Positions 1-25,210 of a DNA stretch of 64,000 bases are shown piece by piece. A model generated the notes under the pieces. It did no database searches, had not been told where the DNA came from, and worked only from the letters and a program-made list of their open reading frames with translations. A program made the translations under genes and the position numbers. Each line of letters begins with the position of its first letter. Position 1 is the first letter of the stretch. This DNA comes from the human T2T-CHM13v2.0 reference genome, Homo sapiens. Where the stretch lies: the NCBI RefSeq assembly GCF_009914755.1, contig NC_060925.1, one strand, 5' to 3'.

Positions 1-587
<587 letters not shown>

Positions 588-935
588 TACCAGACTACTC
601 TTTACCTTCACGAGATCCATGAAGCTTCTCCAAAAACTGTTTGGTAGTTTTTTGTTGTTGTTTTTTTTTCTTTTTTTAGCTCCCATATATGAGTGAGAAC
701 AGCCAGCAGAATTTTTTTGTGTGGACAAGCTGATCCTAAAATTTATTTTGAAAGGCAAAGGAACTAGAATAGCTGAAACAATTTTGAAGAACAAAATGGA
801 GAAATCTTATTCTATTTTAACATTCATGATGAAATTAGTGTTCAATACAGTGTGGTATTGGCAAAGGTACAAACAGCTAGGTTAATGGAACAGCATAGAG
901 TCCAGAATTATATTTACACTAATATGGCCAGTTGA

Positions 936-1331
<396 letters not shown>

Positions 1332-1360
1332 TAAAACCTTTTTAAAAAAACCCTGACCTA

Positions 1361-1656
1361 GGCCGGGTGCCATGGTTAACGCTTGTAATCCTAGCACTTC
1401 GGGAGGCCAAGGCAGTCGGATTACCTAAAACCAGGAGGTTGAGACCAGACTGGCCAGCATGGTGAAACTTCGTCTATACTAAAAATACAAAAATTAGCCG
1501 GGTGTGTTGGCGGGCACTTGTAATCCCCACTACTTGAGGAGGCTGAGACAGAATAATCCCGAGCCCGGGAAGCAGAGTTTGCAATGAGCCAAAATCGCCA
1601 TTGCATTCTAGCCTGGGGGACAGAGCAAGACTGTCAAAAACAAAAACAGAAAAAAC
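1361..1656 (+). mobile_element. Alu (followed by a partial Alu/FLAM at 1668-1790)
   Basis: GGCCGGGTGC start, A tail, TSD ACCCTGACCTA. Confidence 0.9.
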
Positions 1657-1889
1657 ACCCTGACCTAGTCACAGCTACTCAGGAAGCTGAGGCAGAAGAA
1701 GCAATTGAGTCGAGGAGTCAAAGTCCATTGAGTCCACGAGTTCAAGTCCAACCTGAGCAACATAGAGAGACCTCCCATCTCTTAAAAAAAAACAGAGAAA
1801 AACCTTGACCTGAATCTCATACCTTATACAAAAAAATTACTCAAGCTGTCTAAATATAAAGCATAAAACTATAAACATTTAGAAATCAA

Positions 1890-2755
1890 TTTTTGTTATT
1901 GTTTTTGATACAGACTCTCACTCTGTCTCCAGGCTGGAGTGTAGTGGTGCTGTGTCCGGAATTTTTTCTTTCTGGTGGGCTCTTGGTCTCGCTGACTTAA
2001 AGAATGAAGCCATGGACTCTCACGGTGAGTGTTACAGTTCTTAAAGATAGTGTATCCGGAGTCTGTTCCTTCTAATATTCAGATGTCTCCAGAGTTTCTT
2101 CCTTCTGGCGGGTTCCTGGTCTCACTGACTTCAGGAGTGAAGAGGCAGACCTTGACAATGAGTGTTACAACTCTTAAAGGTGGCATGTGCAGAGCTGTTT
2201 GTTCCTCCCTGGTGGCATCCTGGTCTCACTGACTTCGCAGCCCCACGTGGTGAGGGTTACAGCTCATAAGTTAGCCTGGACACAAAACCCTAGCAGCAGC
2301 CAGCTTTATTTTACCAGCTCTGGTGGATAGCTTTTATTCCCTTATTTGGCCCCCACCCACATCCTGCTGATTGATCCATTTTACAGAGTGCTGATTGGTC
2401 CATTTTACAGAGCACCGATTGGTCCATTTTACAGAGTGCCGATTGGTACATTTTTACAGAGTGCTGATTGGTGCGTTTACAATCCTTTAGCTAGACACAA
2501 GAGTTCTCCAAGTCCCCAACCGACCCAGAAGCCCAGCTGGCTTCACCTCTCAGCGCGATCTTGGCTCGCTGCAACCTCCGCCTCCTGGGTTCAAGCGATT
2601 CTCCTGCCTCAGCCTCTTGAGTAGCTGGGACTACAGGCGCTTGCCACCTTGCCCAGCTGATTTTTGTATTTTTAGTAGAGAGGGGGTTTCACCATGTTGG
2701 CCAGCATGGTCTCGATTTCTTGACCTCATGATCCGCCCACCTCGGCCTCCCAAAG
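1890..2755 (-). mobile_element. Alu split by the LTR12 (1890-1950 and 2553-2755)
   Basis: The Alu consensus ...GTAGTGG(T/C)GC|GATCTTGGCTC resumes on either side of the LTR. Confidence 0.85.
1951..2552 (-). mobile_element. Solo LTR12-family (ERV9/HERV9) LTR inserted into an Alu
   Basis: TG...CA termini; minus strand begins TGAGAGGTGAAGCCAGCTGGGCTTCTGGGTC; tandem 24-nt CCAAT repeats; 4-bp TSD GTGC/GCGC. Confidence 0.88.
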
Positions 2756-3023
2756 GCAAAGAGTTTTTTAGACAGGATGCCAAAAGCATGATCTGTCAAC
2801 ATAAAAATTGGTAAATTAGAGTTCACCAAATGACGGTGTTAGGAGAATTAATAGACACTATAGACTGGGAGGAAATATTTGCAAATCACATATCCAACAA
2901 AGGACTTGCATCCAGAATATATAAAGAATTCTCAAAATTCAATAGTAAGAAACAAACAATCCACATTAAAAATAGGCTAAAGATTTGAACAGACACTTCA
3001 CCAAAGAAAATATATGAGTGAGA

Positions 3024-3190
3024 ATTAGCTAGGTGTGGTGGCACATGCATGTAATCCCAGCTACTCAGGCGTCTGAGGCACGAGAATTGCTAGAACCTGT
3101 GAGGTGGAGGTTGCAGTGAGCCAAGATTGCAGTACTGCACTCCAGCCTGGGTGACAGGGCGAGACTCTGTTTCCAAAAAATAAGATAAAA
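3024..3190 (+). mobile_element. Alu right arm
   Basis: Alu consensus. Confidence 0.85.
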
Positions 3191-3194
3191 TAAA

Positions 3195-3195
<1 letters not shown>

Positions 3196-3248
<53 letters not shown>
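3196..3248. repeat. Compound (TG)n(AG)n microsatellite
   Basis: Read directly. Confidence 0.95.
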
Positions 3249-3252
<4 letters not shown>

Positions 3253-4221
3253 CAAATAAGCACAGTAAAAGATGTTTAACATTATCAGCCACTGGGGAAA
3301 TGCATATTAAAACCACAATGAGTTATCATGACATACCTTTTAGCATGGCTAAAAACAAAGCAAAACTAAACTAATACCAAGTTATGGAGAAGATGCAAAA
3401 CAATGGAGTACGTTGTTGGTGAAAAACAATGCAATGCAAAATGCTACAGCCACTCTGGAAAAAAGTTTGGTACTTTCATATAAAGTTAAACGTACATTTA
3501 CACATAACCTAGAAATTCCATTTCTGGGTATTTACCCTAGAAATAAAAAACACATCCACACAAAAACCTATATAAGAATGTTTACAGCAGTTCTACTCAT
3601 TAGAGTCAAAAAAAAAAAAAAAAAAAAAAAGGAAACAACCCAAATGTACTTCTGCGGGTGAATGGATAAGCAAACTGTGATGGATCATATTTCCTATGAG
3701 GGAGTACTACTCAGCAACAAAAAGGAGCAAACTACAAGCAACAGTATGGATGAATCTCAGAAATATTATGCTGAGTGAGAGAAGCCAGACACAAAAGACT
3801 ACATACTGTAAATTCCATTTATCTGAAATTCTAGAAAAAACAACTGATTTATAATGACTGAAAGCAGATCAAGTGGTTGCCTACAGATTGATTGCAAAAG
3901 GGCAGGAAGGGGCTCTTGCGAATGCTTGATATGTTCTGTATCTTGGTCGTGGTGGTGATTATATGGGTGTATACATTTGTCAAAGCTCAAAGTTGAAAAT
4001 GTATACATCTTATGACTGAGGTGGCTCACTTTTAGGTATAGAGCAATGTTTATCAAGCTGCTGGTAGAGTCCTGCTATTAGTGAATCATCAAATTAATTC
4101 CAGTGTGTCTACCTAGAGAGGTATTTATCCTGGAACTAATGAAGCTGAAGCTTCAGCCTCCCACCCTTACAAAACATCTTCCAAGTCCTGGTTACTAATT
4201 TTGTATTCAAAATTGTGTACG

Positions 4222-4596
<375 letters not shown>

Positions 4597-6101
4597 TGAC
4601 CAGAATTTTTTTTTAATGAAATGGAATAGAAAATATGAGGGTGTTTTGCAAAACTTTTGTTCCAGTTTATATAGTGGGTCAGGTTGTAAAATTTTATTTC
4701 TTACCAGGGTTTGTGGTTTAGCGCACATGTGTGCACACACAAACACACACACAAAGTTGGAAATTCAGTGCTGTGTAGAAATCTATGTACATGTGCACAA
4801 GGAGGTCTGTACAAATTTAGTGCAGCGCTGTTTGTAAGAGAGAATCTTTGGAAACAACCTAAATGCCCATCAATATGAGAATAAATAGACTGCAGTATGC
4901 GTATGTATGTAATAGAATTCTATATAGCTAAAAGGAATGAACTAAAGCTACAGGCATCAGGCTAGATGACTCTCACAAACACAACATTAAGTAAAAAAGT
5001 GAGTTGAAGAAGGTTACCTAAAGCATGATACCATTTAGATAAAGTTTAAAGCAATTTGAAAAACAATACTACATCTGATGGGTTTCTAGGTATTGCTCCT
5101 ATAGTTATATACATAAAGTAGTAAACCATGCATGAGACTGATAAAAAAACAAATTCAGAATTGGATAATGGATATTTCTGGGGAGGAAGGAGGGAGGGAG
5201 TGACATGAGGTGATATACAGGTTTTCAATTTTATGCATTTTTTTCTTTTTTAAAGAATGGATTTAAAGAAAATAATGGATTTGAGACAAAAAAGAGTTAA
5301 AGATTAACAAGGCTGGTTGGTGTGTAAGTGGATTTTTGTTGTGTTATTCTGATTCTTTTTTGATTGTGTTGTATTCTGTATGTATATTGTTGAAGACATT
5401 GGTAATGTGTATGTTTTTGTGTTTGTGTAGTGTGGCATTCACATATATCACACTATTTAATTTTTATGACAGCTTCGTGAAGTGAGTGGAACATAAATTA
5501 TTATCCCTATTCCATAGAACAGGAACCTAAGACGGCAGAACAATTTTTAAACTGTGGACTGGGGACTGGGCTAAGCTGTTCCTTGCTTAGTCTAGATTTG
5601 CATGGAAATCCACTGGAGAAGTTTCCTTCAAGTCCATGTGGCCTGATCCAGCCCGAGCTGCCTTCCTCACGTCTCTCTCTAAATCCCAAGGCTCTGGGAA
5701 GGCACTTACTCAATAGGGAAGCGACTTGTATAGATAATAGCCAAATGTTTGTTCAAAAGGCATTCATTCTGATGTGCTGGGGGGAGCGGTTGCGGGGGCG
5801 GACCTGCAAGAATGACTTGGATGAGACGGATACATATTTACAAGCCAGTGCACAGGAATTTGTCCTTGGACAAATCACTTAACCTTTTACTACTTATATT
5901 TATGCTCTCGTAAACCAAGTGTGGAATATTCTCAACTGCTCACCCCTGCCAAATGCTTTTCAAAAGTTAGAGACCAAGTTACAGTTAAAAAAATGCAACG
6001 ACTTCAACCCAACCAGTCCCTTCCCTTCCCTTCTTCCCTTCCCTTCCCGTTCTTTTTCTTTCTTTTTTTTTCCTCTCTCTCTCTCCCCACTTCTGTCTGC
6101 C

Positions 6102-6410
6102 TTTTTTCTTTTTCTTTTTTTCTTTTTTTTGACACAGTCTTGCTCTGTTGTCCAGGCTGGAGTGCAGTGGTGCAATCTCGGCTCACTGCAACCTCCGCCT
6201 CCCGGGTTCAAGTAATTCTCGTGCCTTACCCTTCGGAGTAGCTAGGAGTACAGGCACGTGCCACCACGCCCTGCTAATTTTTGTATTTTTAATAGAGACA
6301 GGGTTTCACCATGTTGGCCAGGCTGGTCTCGAACTCCTGGCTTCAAGTGATACACCCGCCTCCGCCTCCCAAAGTGCTGGGATTACAGGCTTGAGCCACC
6401 GCGCCTAGCC
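6102..6410 (-). mobile_element. Alu with an extended pyrimidine-rich tail (6018-6130)
   Basis: Alu consensus. Confidence 0.9.
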
Positions 6411-6506
6411 AGACGTCAACTTTTCAGTACGTTTCAATATATTCTTTGCGCCTCATTCCTCAAAGACCTTTTTTCACTCTCATTTAAATGGTAATGACCA
6501 TTTTAA

Positions 6507-6833
<327 letters not shown>

Positions 6834-7079
6834 AATAACTTTTAAATCACTAACATACAAATGTCTTTTGTTGTTTAAAAAAAAAATCAAAACAATACCT
6901 AGCTAGACAGGATAAAAAATCAGCAGCTTATATTTTATCGCCCTTTTGTCGGTACTGGCGGTATGTTAACCGTGAGGCTTAGAACCTTGTTTCACAGCCC
7001 TGATCGTGCCTTTTGAGAATCTTTTACGTTCTGGATATTCTGGTATGGAAGAGGAGAAAAACCGGCGCTGGGCAGTTTG

Positions 7080-20313
<13,234 letters not shown>

Positions 20314-22868
20314 GCAGCCCCCCACCTGGCTATTCCCGAACTGGACAGCACCTCTTCAACCACCTCCGGCTTCCAGGACCTTTCTCTTCCTCCTCCTCCA
20401 ATTCCCCTCCCCCATCATTCTGGTCTTTGAGCTTTGAGACGATGGGCAGGCATCAGCTGTTGGAAACCTGGGCAGCCCTCTCAGTGGCTTCCTATCCTCC
20501 TTCTTGCTGGAGCCATGAATGGCAGGAGCTCAGTGCTTCTTGTGCAGTGCCTGGACCCAGGTATCTTACTTGGGGTCTTACTTGTACCCTTACAGTCTCT
20601 GAGAACCAGCCTCTGCTGCAGGTGAGGGTTGGGGGCAGGAAACCAGTGCTCTGAGACTGGTTCCTAGCAGCCACCTTTCTGTCAACCTGTCCGGCTTCAA
20701 CAATATTAGGGGGAAGGGAAATCAGCTAGTAGCCTTCCCCTCTGGTCCCTTGTGTGGAGGCCCCAATAGTGGTTTGGCGACCCCTCCTCAGTGGCTGTCA
20801 TCTAGTCCCTGCGTCTGATCTCCAGTCATCCCATGACTCAGTGTGCCTTCCACTGTCTTCTCTGGCCTCTGCCTGCCCACAGAATCCACCATGTGTGAAC
20901 CAGAGAGGTCCACCAGCCTAGAAAACAGCCCTTCAGAGGGTCCTGATGAGGCCTTCCTGGACTCAGCTGGGAGCAAGATAAATTGCAACTGAGTTGCAGC
21001 TTCAAGAAAGTAAAGCCAGTAAGCTTGCTGGCAGAATCAATTTCTTCTATCCCCTCAATCCTCCCACCCACCAGGCTGGGGCACTTTCCACCAACACTCT
21101 AAACTCTACTTTAGAAACGCCCTATCTTCCTCCCTGTCCTCCTTCTTGGTCTCACACTTGGGACTCAAAAATGTGGAGTCAGGACCTGCCTCCTAATCCC
21201 CTTACTTCTCTGTCCATCTCCCTTCCCCAGCATCGTGCATCTGAGGCATTTGAGATCCTTTTTGAAGTCTGTCCAGGCCTTCCTTTTATTCCTGTGGGGC
21301 CAGACAGGGGCTTAGGAAGGGCCAAAGGACCATCATGAGGCTAAGTTGCCCCAGAGCCCCAGGATGGATGGGCCCATTTTTTCCTTATTCCCTGCTCAGT
21401 TTTTTCCCCTGCTCCTTCTCTAGTCCTTCTTTCATATTTCTCCTTCTCATCTTGAAAACAGGATGTTCCCTCTTCCCTTGCTGTCCCATTTCTCCCCTGT
21501 GTCCTTATTTCTCCCAGTCTCTATCCCCTCTCAAGTCCAGGGCAGGCCGATGCTATTGGTGCTTCTTCACTTTGGGACCCAGTTCCATATTTGTCTTTAG
21601 TGTATATCCTCTTCCTGATACCTCCTTCAGTCCCTCTCTGGGCCCCAAGGCTGAGAATCAGTGTTAACTGGGTAAGGATCATTTGCTTCCTACCCAGCTC
21701 AATCTGCCCTGGCCATAGGGCTTCCCAGGGAAGGAAGAAGAGGGAAGAATCCGACCACTTTCCAATCCAGTGCCAATTGGCCCACTAAGCATCCTAAAGG
21801 TGAATGTGCCCTGTGCCAATCTCTCCTCAGGACTGAGTCAACCCCCTTCAACCTCCTCACCTCTCTAAACACCATCCATAGTAACATGTGCATTACTGGG
21901 GTACCTAGGAGTCAGGACTTTTGACTTCAGGCCAGTCATTTCCTCCCGATGGGGAAAGGGTGAGATTTACATCCCCAAATGCTTGAGTCCCTCAGTGAAA
22001 GAATTAGTTTTTGTTTGTTTGTTTAAGATTTTGGGGAAGAGATTTGAGGAGGAAAGAAAGGAGATGGGGTGAGAGGGTTTTTAAGTCTGAAACTCTCTGT
22101 CATGAGCTGTCCCCATGGTTACTCAAGGACAAGGGGGGACAGTTTTGCCTACAGCTCCAGAGACACAGAGAACAAAGGGGTGACCTTCATTTTTCTTCAA
22201 GCCGGCCTCTGTGGGGGTCTGTGAGCAGCTTCTACTGGATCTTTGTTTGGATTCTGTGTCTGTATTTATAATTTATTTGAAATGTGCTGGGTAGTGTTCT
22301 CATTTGGGGGCTGAAGTTAGCAACTGGGCCTTCAGCTAGGGAAAGCAGTTGCGGGCAGGGGGTGGGGGGAGATTATATTCACTCCTGCCAAGGACTCCCA
22401 GCCCAGGACTCTCTTTAGAGCAAGGAAGCCTCGTTCTCTTTCTTCTCAAGAGGCTCTCTTGTTCTCCATCAGGAGAGCCTTGATTTAGGCTACGGCCTCA
22501 CTCTCTATGGCCACCCTAAGAGGAAAGGCTACTTCACCTCATTACCTCCAGAGGGCTGGGCAGGGCCAAGTGCCTCATAGGACTCATGTTCTCTCCAACC
22601 AGGGCTGGCATCACTGCTTTGCAAAGTGGGGCCTGAGGTAGAAGAAGGTGTCTGGTTTCTCCAGCTGCTGTAGGAGGCTAATGGGCAGGGTACTTGCCCT
22701 TTGTCCCACTAGACTCTAACCCAGCACCAGGGTGCCCACCTAGGACCTTTCCTGGACATGAGTTTCCTTCACTATCATAGTCATGAGCCTCCTACTTCTG
22801 GGATTGCAGATCAGGGGTGGGGGGAGAATGTTGCATGTTGTTTTCTGGTGCTTGTTATTATATATTTG

Positions 22869-22874
22869 AATAAA
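22869..22874 (+). terminator. SYPL2: SYPL2 poly(A) signal AATAAA (3'UTR about 2.6 kb)
   Basis: Canonical hexamer preceded by a U-rich tract, with a U-rich tract at about 22927-22940. Confidence 0.75.
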
Positions 22875-23010
22875 CAGTGCTGCAAGTACTTGCCATGAAG
22901 GATCTGAGACTGGAGTCCTTCCGGGGATTTATTTTTTCTTCCTCTCCCTTGCTTTAAGTTCTTGAACCAATATCAGGACTTTCACCAAGATATCATTCTA
23001 CTGCTTTCCA

Positions 23011-23059
23011 CTGTGCACCCCAAGCAACAAAGTCAGACTCTGTTGCTTGGGGTGCAGAG
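23011..23059. repeat. Near-perfect palindrome (inverted repeat)
   Basis: TGCACCCCAAGCAACA (23014-23029) and TGTTGCTTGGGGTGCA (23041-23056). Confidence 0.95.
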
Positions 23060-24059
23060 AGGAGAGCAGTTATTCCTAGCAGGCTCTGGTCTAGTGACAT
23101 CTCCTCTTTTGGTGGCACCCAATTAGACCAAAGTAACTGGGACTCATTAGCAATTCTGGAGCAAACTCAAAAGGTGAGAGATAGTGGCTTCCACAAAGCT
23201 GTTTCCATTTGTTCTCCTACCATCTGTGACCCAAACAGGCTTCCTGTCAGGAGTTGAGGGCCATATGCTTCACTTTCTTAACTATCAGCTTCTTGTTGAA
23301 CAAACTTGCACCTCTATCCCTCTTCAGAGAGTCACACACTACATTTACATCCCCTAGAAAAATACCTTGGGTACAATTGAACATTTAATTTTTACCTGAT
23401 TCCTGGATGCCCTAGGGATCATCTGTGGGTCTCAGGTTGAGATTCCCTGCCCTCAGAGATTATTCTTGAAGTACTTACACCTTCCCTGGATGAAAAGGAG
23501 AAGAAAATCTGAGGTCTTGCTCCCCAACTTGTTTTCCCCTTAGCTAAAGGGTCAAGCGTCGGGGGTGAGGTGTGAGAGGTTGAGGAGGAAAAAGGATTAG
23601 TATTACTTTTTTAATGCGATGGCGGCGGGGGGGGCGGGGGGGGGGGCGGGAAATGGAGTAGGCAGACTTTTGTCTGATTGTGTGAGGGTGGGAAGAAATG
23701 TTATCAGCTGAGAAGATGAAAGAAATGGATGATTAAGGTACTTTCCAGACCTTAGCAAGGAAGATGACAGCTCTGATGAGAAATCTCCCTATGCCGAGGC
23801 TTCAGAAGCAGCCCTTCCAGCAGAGAAAGTATTCATTAGAAAAAGAAGGCAAAGTGATGGATGGAGTCAGGGTCCAGCCAGGGTTTGGGAAGAGGCTGTA
23901 CAGGGTATCGATCGCAGTTCTCAAGAGAAGAGAGACAGATCAGCAGAGATGCTGCAAACACCAGCTGCCTCGGGGCCACCCCAGTTCTGGGGCTGGCTCT
24001 GGCTCGGAGACAGCCTTCTGTCATCCTGTCATCATGACAGGTGATCTTGGTCAGCTTGG

Positions 24060-25210
24060 CCAGGTCCTCTCAAATCCAGACAACGCCACGCCAACCCTCT
24101 GCTCTGCATCAGGGCAGCGTGGGTTTCCCACAGAGGAGGCACGACACGGGAGCCGAGGCCCTCCCCCACACCACCCCTGTGTCCTTCAGCACCTCCTACA
24201 GACTCCCTCCCCTTGCCCTTCTGATTCACAGCGCCCACCTCCCTGCACCTACCCTATTCGATCTACAGGGGAGCGGAGTCGCTTCGTGGCCGCCAGCCCG
24301 GGAAGGGGCGCCAGCCAGCTGGCGGACGCACGGCTTAGAGGGGCGTCTGGGCAGAGAGGTTTGGGGCTGGGGAGAGATGCAGTGAGCTTGGGAGAGTGGA
24401 CTGGTAGCACAAATAATGTGTGCATAAGGGTTAGAAGAGGAGGTCCTGGAGCTTTGGTCTTCTCTTTTCCCCCTGCAATTGTGCATTTCGGAGGGACTCT
24501 TGCTGCAAGCTCGGTAGGCAATAGCATCCGCTCCAAGACTACACTTCCCAGAAGGCTGTGAGTGGGTGGGGGGGGGGGGGGCGCGGGGAACAGGCAACCT
24601 GTGTTGCGCTTGCGCAAAGACTGCGCTGGAAAGGCAGGTGGGGAGGAGGGGAGGCGTGCCCGCGACGGGGCGAGGGGGAGGGGGCCGCGCGGCGGCGGCG
24701 CCAGGGCGGGCGCGCGTCCGCGGCGGTGATGGCGGTGCGTGAACGCGCGGCGGCAGCAATGGCCGCTCTGGAGCGGCGGGTGCCGAGTCTCGATGACTTC
24801 GCGGGACAGAGCTGGAGCTCGTGGGTGGAGCGGGCCGACCTGCCCGCGGCTGACGGTGAGTAAAGCCACCCTAAAGTCCGGGGACCCCATCACTATCTCC
24901 CCTCCCCCCTTCCGGGCCCCCGCCAGCTGAGGGGAGCCGCCGACTGGAGCCGCCGTCCGGCTCCCCGGCCCCCCAAACAAAGGACCCGCCGGGTCCTAGT
25001 GCCCGCCCGCTCCGTCACCTTCGCGCCTCCGGGTCCTAGCGCCTGCTCACCGCTCGCAGCCCACCCTGCCAACCTCTGCCTCTGCCAGTCGCTAATACCT
25101 GCCCCCATATAGGCTTGCCTTTATCTTTCTCCTTGCCTGCTGCCCCTCAGCTCGCGACCCTCCTGCACCTGCCTCCAGCTTTCCCTGTCCGCAACAGTCC
25201 TCCACGTGTT
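24060..25210 (+). promoter_or_regulatory. ATXN7L2: CpG island and promoter of ATXN7L2, with an NRF1-like TGCGCTTGCGCA (24605-24616) overlapping TTGCGCAA, and a long G run
   Basis: CpG-rich sequence around exon 1; motifs read directly from the sequence. Confidence 0.8.

Noticed and set aside
21335-21667. 110-aa hydrophobic ORF in the SYPL2 3'UTR
   Set aside because: The F/S/L/P bias simply reflects a pyrimidine-rich UTR
24185-24205. RE1/REST-like TTCAGCACC
   Set aside because: Only the left half matches; the right half reads CTACAG rather than GGACAG
23764-24561. 265-aa ORF upstream of ATXN7L2
   Set aside because: No family resemblance; GC-rich promoter sequence is stop-poor. Ribo-seq or PhyloCSF support would be needed.
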